A stretch of DNA of 29,907 bases, from positions 1 to 29,907 of the IMG/VR virus record IMGVR_UViG_3300006169_000025; one strand, given 5' to 3'. The DNA is from a virus (lineage: Duplodnaviria; Caudoviricetes). Position 1 is the stretch's first letter, and each line of letters opens with the position of its first letter. The position numbers and the translations under genes are program-made. Under the pieces are notes generated by a model. That model was not told the DNA's origin. It saw nothing but the letters and a program-made list of their open reading frames with translations, and did no database searches. Positions 7,855 to 14,881 of this stretch are shown piece by piece.

Positions 7855-9020
7855 TGGTCGCCGTCCTCGCCGTCGAGGGTGGGCTGGTCGAGGTTGTCGA
7901 GGAACTGCCACAGGGCCTCCCGATCGGCGAACTTCGCCAACGTGTCGATCAGGGCCGTGACCTCGGTCCGGGTCAGGTCGGCGAACGACTCGACGTCACG
8001 GCCGAGCAACCGGCCCGCGATCCGGCGCCGCTCGGCGCCGTCGTCGTCCTCGGGGACGCCTAGCCGGTTGAGCCCGGCGAACAACATCCGTTGCTGGGCC
8101 CGGGTCGCCTTCCGGTTGTCGGGCCGGTCCTCCCCGGCGCTCGCCTCGTCGGCCGGGGTCGCGACGGCGTCGTGAGGCTCGGCGGGGGCGCCAACACCCG
8201 GCGCCGGGGAGGGGTCTGGGGACGGGGAGGAGCCGGAGAGACCAGAGCGGGCCGACTCCTCCCCGTCGTGACCCTCGGCGGTGGCACCCGGTGCCGGGGT
8301 CGTCTCGGTGGGGCCCTCGTCCGGGAGCGGCGGCCCGTCGATCGCCGCGGGCTCCGGCGCGGACTCCGGCTGCCGCTGGGGCGCCGTCTTCCGGCCCGTC
8401 GATCGCTTCCGCTGGACCGTGGACTTCCCGCCGCCCTCGCCGCGGGCCTCGTCGCCGTCGAACTCCTCGACCGCCACAAACCCGTGGATCACGTCGGGGA
8501 ACACGAGACGGCAGAGTTCCGCGGTCGCGCGGGCCTGGAGCATCGCGCGCGGGTAGGACTTCCACACGGCCTTGGACGCGATCCCGGCCGCGCGGGCCAT
8601 GTCGATAGTCCACCGGACGGTGGTCCACACGCCGGAGTCGCGGCGACGGCCCCGCATGGTGCACACGGCGCCGGTGGTCTCGGTGACCTCGATCTGGTGT
8701 CCGGCGCCGAGGACGAGGCCGCGCATGGCCTCGGCGGAGAGGGCGGGCTTCCCCTCGATCACGTGGGTCTGGTTGAGCGCCGTCAACGGCGGGAGCCCGA
8801 CCTCGCGGCCGTAGAGCATGGCGGCGGCGACGGCGGCCGGGTTGTCGCGGAGGGCCTTCGGCACGAACTCGGTGTTCGCGATCTGGTCGGCTAGGTGGAT
8901 GATCGGCCGGGCGACCTCGATCCATGAGTCGGTGTCGGTCTTCGCCGGGGCGGCGGGCTGGTAGACCTCCGGCGCCTGGTCGTCGTAGCGGACGGCGAGT
9001 TCGTTGGTCGGCTCGGTCAC
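7851..9020 (-). CDS. RecT/Redbeta-like single-strand annealing protein (389 aa), ends EDGDQ
   Basis: FVPKALR...AAMLYGREVGLPPLTAL...VIEGKP...WKSYPRAMLQARA...FPDV core, Pro-rich linker, small helical C-terminal domain; near an exonuclease gene. Confidence 0.75.
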   Translation of the reverse strand: MTEPTNELAVRYDDQAPEVYQPAAPAKTDTDSWIEVARPIIHLADQIANTEFVPKALRDNPAAVAAAMLYGREVGLPPLTALNQTHVIEGKPALSAEAMRGLVLGAGHQIEVTETTGAVCTMRGRRRDSGVWTTVRWTIDMARAAGIASKAVWKSYPRAMLQARATAELCRLVFPDVIHGFVAVEEFDGDEARGEGGGKSTVQRKRSTGRKTAPQRQPESAPEPAAIDGPPLPDEGPTETTPAPGATAEGHDGEESARSGLSGSSPSPDPSPAPGVGAPAEPHDAVATPADEASAGEDRPDNRKATRAQQRMLFAGLNRLGVPEDDDGAERRRIAGRLLGRDVESFADLTRTEVTALIDTLAKFADREALWQFLDNLDQPTLDGEDGDQ

Positions 9021-9151
9021 TGGTCGGCCTCCTCGGCCTGGTCGTCGGTGGTGGTCTGGCAGGTCGTGCACGGCTGGTCGGCGTAGACCCACGTCCCGCA
9101 TTCGTCGCAGCGGTGGATGTGCCGGTCGAGCCGGTCAAGAACAGTCGTCAC
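9017..9151 (-). CDS. Tiny zinc-ribbon protein (44 aa), ends EEADQ
   Basis: Hand-translated MTTVLDRLDRHIHRCDECGTWVYADQPCTTCQTTTDDQAEEADQ*; two CxxC. Confidence 0.6.
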   Translation of the reverse strand: MTTVLDRLDRHIHRCDECGTWVYADQPCTTCQTTTDDQAEEADQ

Positions 9152-9160
9152 GGCGGAGGG

Positions 9161-9640
9161 TCACCCCTTGCGCCGGTTGGACTTGATGCGGGCCTTGGCC
9201 TTCGCGGACCGCTTGTTGGGGACGTGCTCCCCGGACTGGACGCGGCGGTGGTACTCGCGCATGGCCTCGCGCTTCCGGACCTTGTCCTGAGTGGCGGGCA
9301 GAATCTCGGCCTCGTCTTCGCGGAGTTGCACGCGGGGGAACACGGGGTCCCCTCCTCGGTCGTACTCGGTGATTGCCTTGGCGAGGGGGAGAGCGGTCGC
9401 GAACCTGAGAGCACGACCGGGGCAGAGGTCGCACTTGCCGATCTGCCCGGTCGGGTTGTGCTCGCACCGGTAGTCGTAGACCTTGATGGTCTTCTTTCCG
9501 ACCGTGACGTGTTTGGCCCACGGGTACAGGTCGCGAATGTGGTTGGCGACGACACACCGGCCGGGGTCGCGGCGGTTGTCGTTGTCGGCGGCCATGCAGG
9601 CGTACGTCTCGTACGTGGCGGTGGTAGGGGTGGTGGTCAT
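9161..9640 (-). CDS. Hypothetical protein with basic C-terminus (159 aa)
   Basis: ATGA overlap with upstream gene; CEH...CDLC motif. Confidence 0.7.
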   Translation of the reverse strand: MTTTPTTATYETYACMAADNDNRRDPGRCVVANHIRDLYPWAKHVTVGKKTIKVYDYRCEHNPTGQIGKCDLCPGRALRFATALPLAKAITEYDRGGDPVFPRVQLREDEAEILPATQDKVRKREAMREYHRRVQSGEHVPNKRSAKAKARIKSNRRKG

Positions 9641-10284
9641 GCGGTCTTCCTTCGGGCGCGGGTGGTCTTGCGCTGCTGCTTGTCGAGCCAGTCGGCGAGC
9701 GCGTCGAGGTGGGAGGCGGAGGGGTTGGCGTAGTAGTTGCGGAGGAACTTGTCCCATCCGCGGAGGAGGTCCCGGAGTTCGTTGACGCCGCCGGAGGGGT
9801 CTACGTGGCAGTCGGACTCGTACTCGTGGGGGTCGTCGCCGTTGGGGACTTCGATCCCGGAGGGAGTGAGAGTCGGGGCGGTGTCGGCGTTGGGGACGCT
9901 GGACAAGTGGCGGGCCTTCCGGATCGCGGCGGCGGTGGGTTTCCCGTCGGTGTCCTCGTGGGCCTTCCGCATGGTCGCGGCGGCCTCCTCCGGCGGGAGA
10001 CCTCGGAGGGCCTTCGCCTGGGCTTCATTGGTCGGGACGGTGTCGGAAAGTTCCGACACGGCGGCAACCGTCGCGGATGCTTCGATGAGTTCGTACGCGC
10101 GGGTCCGCTGGAGGTTCCAACGGTCGCGGCAGTACGCCTCGAACGTCTCGTGCGTCGCCCGGTACAACCGGGCATCCCGGACCCGTGCGAGGGCTTCGCC
10201 GACCTCTACGAACGTCTGGAGACCCCGCTCGATCACGGCCTCGGCCGCGGCCAGGTCGTCCCGCTCGGCGGTCGTGAGGTTCAC
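9637..10284 (-). CDS. Putative DNA-binding phage protein (215 aa)
   Basis: FVEVGEALARVRDARLYR...TFEAYCRDRW...RAYELI...PTNEAQA helical domain common in phages; GTGA overlap. Confidence 0.7.
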   Translation of the reverse strand: MNLTTAERDDLAAAEAVIERGLQTFVEVGEALARVRDARLYRATHETFEAYCRDRWNLQRTRAYELIEASATVAAVSELSDTVPTNEAQAKALRGLPPEEAAATMRKAHEDTDGKPTAAAIRKARHLSSVPNADTAPTLTPSGIEVPNGDDPHEYESDCHVDPSGGVNELRDLLRGWDKFLRNYYANPSASHLDALADWLDKQQRKTTRARRKTA

Positions 10285-11150
10285 GCCGTCACCCCCTGGG
10301 GGGTCTCGGCCTCGCCCACAAGCGGCTCCGGCCCGCGCTTCCGGTTGAACCAGTCGTGCTGTTCCATCCACCGCATGGACTGCCGGATGTAGGCCAGGAA
10401 CCGCAACTCCCGCGGCCCCGCGATCACGGGGAGCATGCGGACGTCGTCGGTCCCGATGTGCGCGACGTAGACGAGGTCCACGTCGGGCTTGTCGGTGGTC
10501 TCCGACGCCGGGCCGTCCGGCTGCCACAGGTCGGCGAACCGATACCCGGCCAACTGGAGCGCGGTCTTCCCGGGGACCGTGTTCCCCGACTTCAAGTCCA
10601 CGAGCGCGTAGGCGTTGTCACGGACACCGATCCGCGCCCACAGGTCCGCCGTCCCCGCGAACGTCAGGCGCCCGATGCCGTACTCCTGGGCTGCGTCCGG
10701 GGTGAGCGCGAGCGGGGTCTCGACGGCCACCGGCTCGATCTGCCACAGGTCGATGAACCGGGCGTACGCCTCGACCGGGCCGCGGAGTTCTTCGGGGACC
10801 TCGACCGGGTCGCCCTTCACGAGGTGTTCGCCGTACGTGTGAATCTCGGTGCCGCGGTTCGCTGCCGCGTCGCGGTGCCGGTCCGGGGCCCCGGCGATGA
10901 GTTCTAGCCGCTCGGTGATCGGCCGCTCGGCGAGGGTGTCCCACTCGTTGAGGACGTACTCGGCGGCCATTTTCGCGCCCCACGCCGGAGGGGGTCCGGG
11001 GAGCGCGTTGAGGATCGTGGTCACCCCGGGGACCTTGTGCGGGTCGCCGGAGGAGTAGCGGGGACAGGTGCAATCGAGGGTGTAGGAGTGGGTGCGCTTG
11101 CCGCCGATATTCCAGTCGTGGCGGCGGAGCCTGGGCGTGGTGTTGGGCAT
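10281..11150 (-). CDS. PD-(D/E)XK (Cas4/RecB-like) exonuclease, probable RecE-equivalent (289 aa)
   Basis: VPGVTTIL, RGTEIH, AGTADL, VDLKSG, LQLAGY motifs. Confidence 0.85.
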   Translation of the reverse strand: MPNTTPRLRRHDWNIGGKRTHSYTLDCTCPRYSSGDPHKVPGVTTILNALPGPPPAWGAKMAAEYVLNEWDTLAERPITERLELIAGAPDRHRDAAANRGTEIHTYGEHLVKGDPVEVPEELRGPVEAYARFIDLWQIEPVAVETPLALTPDAAQEYGIGRLTFAGTADLWARIGVRDNAYALVDLKSGNTVPGKTALQLAGYRFADLWQPDGPASETTDKPDVDLVYVAHIGTDDVRMLPVIAGPRELRFLAYIRQSMRWMEQHDWFNRKRGPEPLVGEAETPQGVTA

Positions 11151-11240
11151 GGTGAGTCCTCGGGGGGTGGGCTAAGTGGGCGAGCCAGACGGCGAGACAC
11201 GCGAGGGCGGCGAGGCGTAAGAACGCGGCGGCGGTGGTGG

Positions 11241-11573
11241 TCATGCGGCGGAGACCTTCGTGACGATCAGGCGGTCGGTGGGTGAGAGCGCGACGTCGGC
11301 GCGGCCGTCGCGGTGGAGGCGGCGCGCGTACTCGTGTGCGAGGCGGGCGTCGCGGTTGAACAGGCCAGCGGCGACGAGTTGCCCCATGAGGCGCGCGACG
11401 GGGACCTCGGCCGGGTCGTAGGAGCGGGGGTAGCCGGACCCGACGCGGTCGCGGGTGGACGCGATCAACGCGCCGCGCGTCCAGAAGTCGAGTTGGCGGT
11501 AGGTGATCCCCGCGGCCCTCGCGAACTCCTGGGCGCCGAGCCGGTGCGGTGCCTCGGGCTCGGGCATGGTCAC
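11241..11573 (-). CDS. MerR-like HTH protein (110 aa)
   Basis: ARAAGITYRQLDFWTR...GSGYPRSY; start GTG 11573 or ATG 11567. Confidence 0.8.
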   Translation of the reverse strand: MTMPEPEAPHRLGAQEFARAAGITYRQLDFWTRGALIASTRDRVGSGYPRSYDPAEVPVARLMGQLVAAGLFNRDARLAHEYARRLHRDGRADVALSPTDRLIVTKVSAA

Positions 11574-11785
11574 GACGGGCGGTTGGCGGCCTGGGCCTCG
11601 ACGGCGGCGACGAGGTCGGCGAGGGCGTCGCGGCCGCACCGGGTGGCGACCTGCTCGGCGAGGATCACGTGCCGCCACCCGGCGCCGGTGCGGTTGTGGC
11701 GGGGCGCCAGGGCGGCGGTGATCCGCTGGGCCTCGGAGACCACGTGCACGGCGGAGGCGTGGGGCTGGGTGGCCGTCGCGGTCAT
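11570..11785 (-). CDS. Hypothetical protein (71 aa)
   Basis: ATGA and GTGA overlaps with both neighbours. Confidence 0.6.
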   Translation of the reverse strand: MTATATQPHASAVHVVSEAQRITAALAPRHNRTGAGWRHVILAEQVATRCGRDALADLVAAVEAQAANRPS

Positions 11786-12000
11786 GCGGACTTGCCGTTC
11801 GTCTCGTGCTTGCGGTTGAGGTAGGCGGTCAGGGCGCGGCGGGTGATGCGGAGTTCGCCGCGGGGTCCGGCGCCGACGCGGATCGCGTCGAGGTCGCCGT
11901 CGCGGACCCACCGGCGGACGGTCTTGGGGTCGCGGTGGAGGACGTCGGCGGCCTCGGCGATGGTGAGGGCGTCGCCGAGGTCTTCGAGGGTTACGGGCAT
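11782..12000 (-). CDS. Excisionase-like / Cro-position HTH protein (72 aa)
   Basis: LTIAEAADVLHRDPKTVRRWVRDGDLDAIRVG...LRI; first gene of the early operon, divergent from the putative repressor. Confidence 0.8.
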   Translation of the reverse strand: MPVTLEDLGDALTIAEAADVLHRDPKTVRRWVRDGDLDAIRVGAGPRGELRITRRALTAYLNRKHETNGKSA

Positions 12001-12251
12001 GGCGGAGCCTTCGTGGTTGGGGGTGGGTTGTGGGGTGGGTCACCGTGGGACGTGACAGGACTAGACAACCCGTGGCACCCCGTTACGTGTCAAGGAATCC
12101 GGGGTAATCCGTCGAAAAGTGGGACACCGTAGGTCATGGTGAGACATGCCGGGACATGCGACACGCCGAGCCGCTACCGTCCCGCCGGGACTAGTTCGGG
12201 GGAACCGGCCCCGATACCAACAACGCGTGCGGGGAAACGGGAGAACGACCA
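12001..12251. promoter_or_regulatory. Divergent control region (probable genetic switch)
   Basis: Non-coding gap between divergent HTH genes; minus-strand TTGACA at 12088-12093 (no clean -10 at 17 bp); plus-strand TACCGT at 12175-12180. Confidence 0.5.
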
Positions 12252-12617
12252 ATGGGACGCAACGCCGAGGGGCGCTTCACCGACCTAGTGCGCGAACACT
12301 CCCGCCACAGGTCAATCTCCGACCTGGGGCGCGCGATCGGCGAACCGAACCTCGCCGAGAAACTGCGCCACCACCGCCGACGCCGCCAACTCCCCGACGG
12401 CCCCCTCCTCCGCAACATCGCGGACGCCCTCGACCCGGTCGGCCGGTCGCTGCTCGTCTCCGCGCTCGCCTGGGACGCACGCCTCCCCGGTTACGACGGA
12501 GACGATCCCGACCTGCTCGTGCGGATGGGGCGAGCGATTCGGGGCCTTGACTACCGGGACCGGCGGATCCTGATTGACCTCCTCGGCCTGGAGGGCGTCC
12601 ACCCCGACGACTGGTGA
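12252..12617 (+). CDS. Putative immunity repressor (divergent HTH, 121 aa)
   Basis: Only credible plus-strand gene; SISDLGRAIG...LPDGPLLRNIADAL resembles XRE HTH; followed by a strong hairpin. Confidence 0.55.
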   Translation: MGRNAEGRFTDLVREHSRHRSISDLGRAIGEPNLAEKLRHHRRRRQLPDGPLLRNIADALDPVGRSLLVSALAWDARLPGYDGDDPDLLVRMGRAIRGLDYRDRRILIDLLGLEGVHPDDW

Positions 12618-12626
12618 CTAGACGAC

Positions 12627-12661
12627 GAGACCCCCGGGACCGTGGTGGTCCCGGGGGTCTC
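12627..12661. terminator. Perfect 15-bp hairpin, probable bidirectional terminator
   Basis: gagacccccgggacc-gtggt-ggtcccgggggtctc between converging genes. Confidence 0.8.
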
Positions 12662-12673
12662 TTCCTGCTCGGG

Positions 12674-12856
12674 CTACTCGTCGTCCGGCTCGACGGGGCG
12701 CCACTCCTCGGCCGAGAGGACCCACGAGCGTTCTAGCCGATCGCCTGGGCGCATGGCCTCGCGGTTCTCCGCCTCGCTGCTGGACTCACACCACACCGAC
12801 CCGTCGGGGGCGATCACGCGCCACCAACGGCCCGGCCTCCACTCCGGCGCCGTCAC
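12674..12856 (-). CDS. Small Trp-rich hypothetical protein (60 aa)
   Basis: MTAPEWRPGRWWRVIAPDGSVWCESS...; GTGA overlap with integrase stop, GGAGG Shine-Dalgarno. Confidence 0.65.
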   Translation of the reverse strand: MTAPEWRPGRWWRVIAPDGSVWCESSSEAENREAMRPGDRLERSWVLSAEEWRPVEPDDE

Positions 12857-14178
12857 GCGACGTCCTCGACCGCGCCGCCGCGCTGCCGCTTCCCGAGGGC
12901 GCCCTCCACGAGCGACAGGCGGCGGCCGTCGTCCCCCGCGTGGATATAGCGGCCGGTGGTCCGCTCGTCGGCGTGACCCATGAGACGCGCAATCTCCGAC
13001 CGGGCCCCACCCTCCGCGGCCAACCGCGACCCGTAGGTGTGCCGGAGCGCGTGGAACCCGTACGCCGGGTCCACGAGCCGCCGCTGGAGGATCGGCGACC
13101 CGTCCCGACGGGTCCGGCCGGTGTCGGTGAACTCCTCCCGGGCGGCGTCGATCGCGAACAGGACCGGGAGCCATTCCCGCTTGCGGTGGTTGGAGTATCC
13201 CCACGCGATCCGACCCGCCAACAGGTCGTCACGACGGTCCCGCCGCACCCGGCCGGGGTCGCCCTGGGCGGGGAACAGGAGCGCGTCCGGGCCCCGCTTC
13301 CGGGCCGCCTTCACGAACGGCGCCAGGGCCTCGCGGAGGTGGCCGGGCATCGGTACGACGCGGGGTTTCTTGCCCTTCGTGAACGCCCGCAACTCGACCC
13401 GGCCCCGCTCGATCACGTGCGAGACCACGAGGTAGTCCCCGTCCACGGCCGACGCGCGGAGGGCGTAGACCTCCTGCCACCGGAGCCCGGCGTAGAGCGC
13501 GACGAGGGCCGCGGTCGCCAACTGCGGCGACCGCTCGGCGGCCGCGGCCAGGAACTCCACCTCCTCGGCGTCGGTCAGGACGTAGTCGGGGTCCTGGTCC
13601 TCGGTGAGGTACTTGATCCCCCGCGTGGGGTCGCGGAGCACCGCGGCCTCGGCCGGGAGGTCGTCGGCGTCGAGGAGGTCGGCGTAGACCTGCCGGAGGA
13701 ACCGCAACCGGCCGTTGATGGACGGCCGCCCCACCCCGGCGGCGGTGGAGTCGGTGACCCACTGCTCGACCGCGGTCTTGGTGAGGAGCCCCATGGGCAC
13801 CTCGGCCGGAGGCGCCGCGTCCTCGGAGACCCGGACGGCGAGCCCGGACAGGTGCGCGGCGTACTTGTCGCGGGTCGCGCGCTCCACGTGCCCGGCCCGG
13901 CGGGCGAGGTACGCCTCGCCGTACTCGCCGACGGTCTGCCCGATCCACTTGGGGGGTGTCGGCGCCGGGGCACTTACAACGGTGGCGGGGGCGTCGGGGT
14001 CCGAGGCGGCGCGCTGGGCGCGCTCCTCGGCGGTGACGGCCCAAGCATCCGCCTCCCACTCGTAGGCGAACTTCCGGCCGTGCTCGTCCTTCGTCGCCCA
14101 CACGTGCCTGCCGGTCACGGGGTGGCGGAACCCGGCCCGCCAGGTGCCGGACGGGAGTTGTCGAGAGGTGTACGCCAT
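12853..14178 (-). CDS. int: Tyrosine integrase (441 aa from ATG 14178; GTG 14184 also possible)
   Basis: AGLRWQEVYAL, FHALRHTY, LMGH, TTGRY catalytic motifs; N-terminal arm-binding-like region; attP nearby. Confidence 0.93.
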   Translation of the reverse strand: MAYTSRQLPSGTWRAGFRHPVTGRHVWATKDEHGRKFAYEWEADAWAVTAEERAQRAASDPDAPATVVSAPAPTPPKWIGQTVGEYGEAYLARRAGHVERATRDKYAAHLSGLAVRVSEDAAPPAEVPMGLLTKTAVEQWVTDSTAAGVGRPSINGRLRFLRQVYADLLDADDLPAEAAVLRDPTRGIKYLTEDQDPDYVLTDAEEVEFLAAAAERSPQLATAALVALYAGLRWQEVYALRASAVDGDYLVVSHVIERGRVELRAFTKGKKPRVVPMPGHLREALAPFVKAARKRGPDALLFPAQGDPGRVRRDRRDDLLAGRIAWGYSNHRKREWLPVLFAIDAAREEFTDTGRTRRDGSPILQRRLVDPAYGFHALRHTYGSRLAAEGGARSEIARLMGHADERTTGRYIHAGDDGRRLSLVEGALGKRQRGGAVEDVA

Positions 14179-14180
14179 GG

Positions 14181-14510
14181 TCACGCCCTCCGCTTCCGCA
14201 AGGCGTTGCGCTGCGCCCGGCGTGCTCGGGTTAGCGCGATGGACTCGTCGTGACGAGGGTTGCCCACGGTCACGGTCTCGGCGTCGTGGATCACGAGCCG
14301 GGAGGCGTCGCCCTTGGCGAGCCGCTTCGCCTCGGCGAGGACCCTTGGGTCCACCTTCGCGGCGTAGGCGGCGAACCCGGGCCGTGGCTTCGTGCGGGCC
14401 TTGGGCGGGTTGTAGGTGGTGGCGTGCTGCTCGGCGTTCTGGACCGTGTCCTCGGCGAGCGAGGCGCACTCCTCGACGGGGTGCGTGGTGGTGGGTGGGT
14501 TGTTGGGCAT
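14181..14510 (-). CDS. Hypothetical basic protein upstream of int (109 aa)
   Basis: ATG 14510 with GAAAGG Shine-Dalgarno; stop overlaps the int start region. Confidence 0.65.
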   Translation of the reverse strand: MPNNPPTTTHPVEECASLAEDTVQNAEQHATTYNPPKARTKPRPGFAAYAAKVDPRVLAEAKRLAKGDASRLVIHDAETVTVGNPRHDESIALTRARRAQRNALRKRRA

Positions 14511-14674
14511 GGTGAGACCTTTCGAGTGACCCGTTTCCTGAGTCACGTCCCACGGCAACCCGGAACCGGGTCCGGCGCCGATTTGATACGCGGGGCGTAT
14601 CACGTCGTCTCACGCCGGTCTCGGTGAGGCTTCCTCGGCCCGGCCGATATGCGGCCTGACCTGCGGAAACTCTC

Positions 14675-14716
14675 GTGGGCGATGCTGGGTTTGAACCAGC
14701 GACCTCTTCCGTGTCA
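14675..14716 (-). other. attP: attP core: 3' half of tRNA-Val(GAC)
   Basis: TGACAC-GGAAG-AGGTC-GCTGG-TTCAAAC-CCAGC-ATCGCCC-AC gives anticodon loop, T arm and 3' acceptor strand; 5' half absent; non-coding region near int. Confidence 0.85.
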
Positions 14717-14881
14717 ATGCTGGGGACGTGCCTGGTCAGGCGGGGTTTACGCCTGACCACGTGCCACATACTAGGCCATGACACCCCGTAACACCCCATC
14801 GTGCAACGCGAAAACCGGGGTTTCGTATCACGCCGCGTTGCACGTGCAACTCGTCTGAGTGACCCGGTTAGTCCGCCAGTC

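Larger units (their letters stand above)
4126..9035 (-). repeat. Dispersed gene-junction linker repeat, 12 copies (minus-strand consensus ~GAGGAGGSCGACCAGTGA)
   Basis: Exact TCACTGGTCG on + strand starting at 4126, 4284, 4460, 4720, 5701, 6307, 6465, 7144, 7657, 7851, 9017; variant TCACTGGACGTCG at 5874; each is a stop/start overlap. Confidence 0.92.

Noticed and set aside
4126-9035. Linker array as CRISPR or integron attC array
   Set aside because: Repeats are short, non-palindromic, irregularly spaced and overlap coding ends; no cas1/cas2, and no attC-like hairpins seen.
10281-11150. Cas4-like gene as evidence of CRISPR-Cas
   Set aside because: Stand-alone phage exonuclease near an annealase; no array or other cas genes.
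10618-11244. 208-aa ORF with hydrophobic N-terminus
   Set aside because: Its ATGA-coupled start is plausible, but most of it overlaps the exonuclease in another frame with shadow-like composition; unsupported.
14675-14760. Complete tRNA-Val gene
   Set aside because: No D arm, 5' anticodon stem or 5' acceptor strand upstream; only the 3' half is present.
14179-14799. 648-aa integrase as given in the ORF track
   Set aside because: The extension runs through attP and overlaps another gene; integrase-like sequence begins at 14178-14184.
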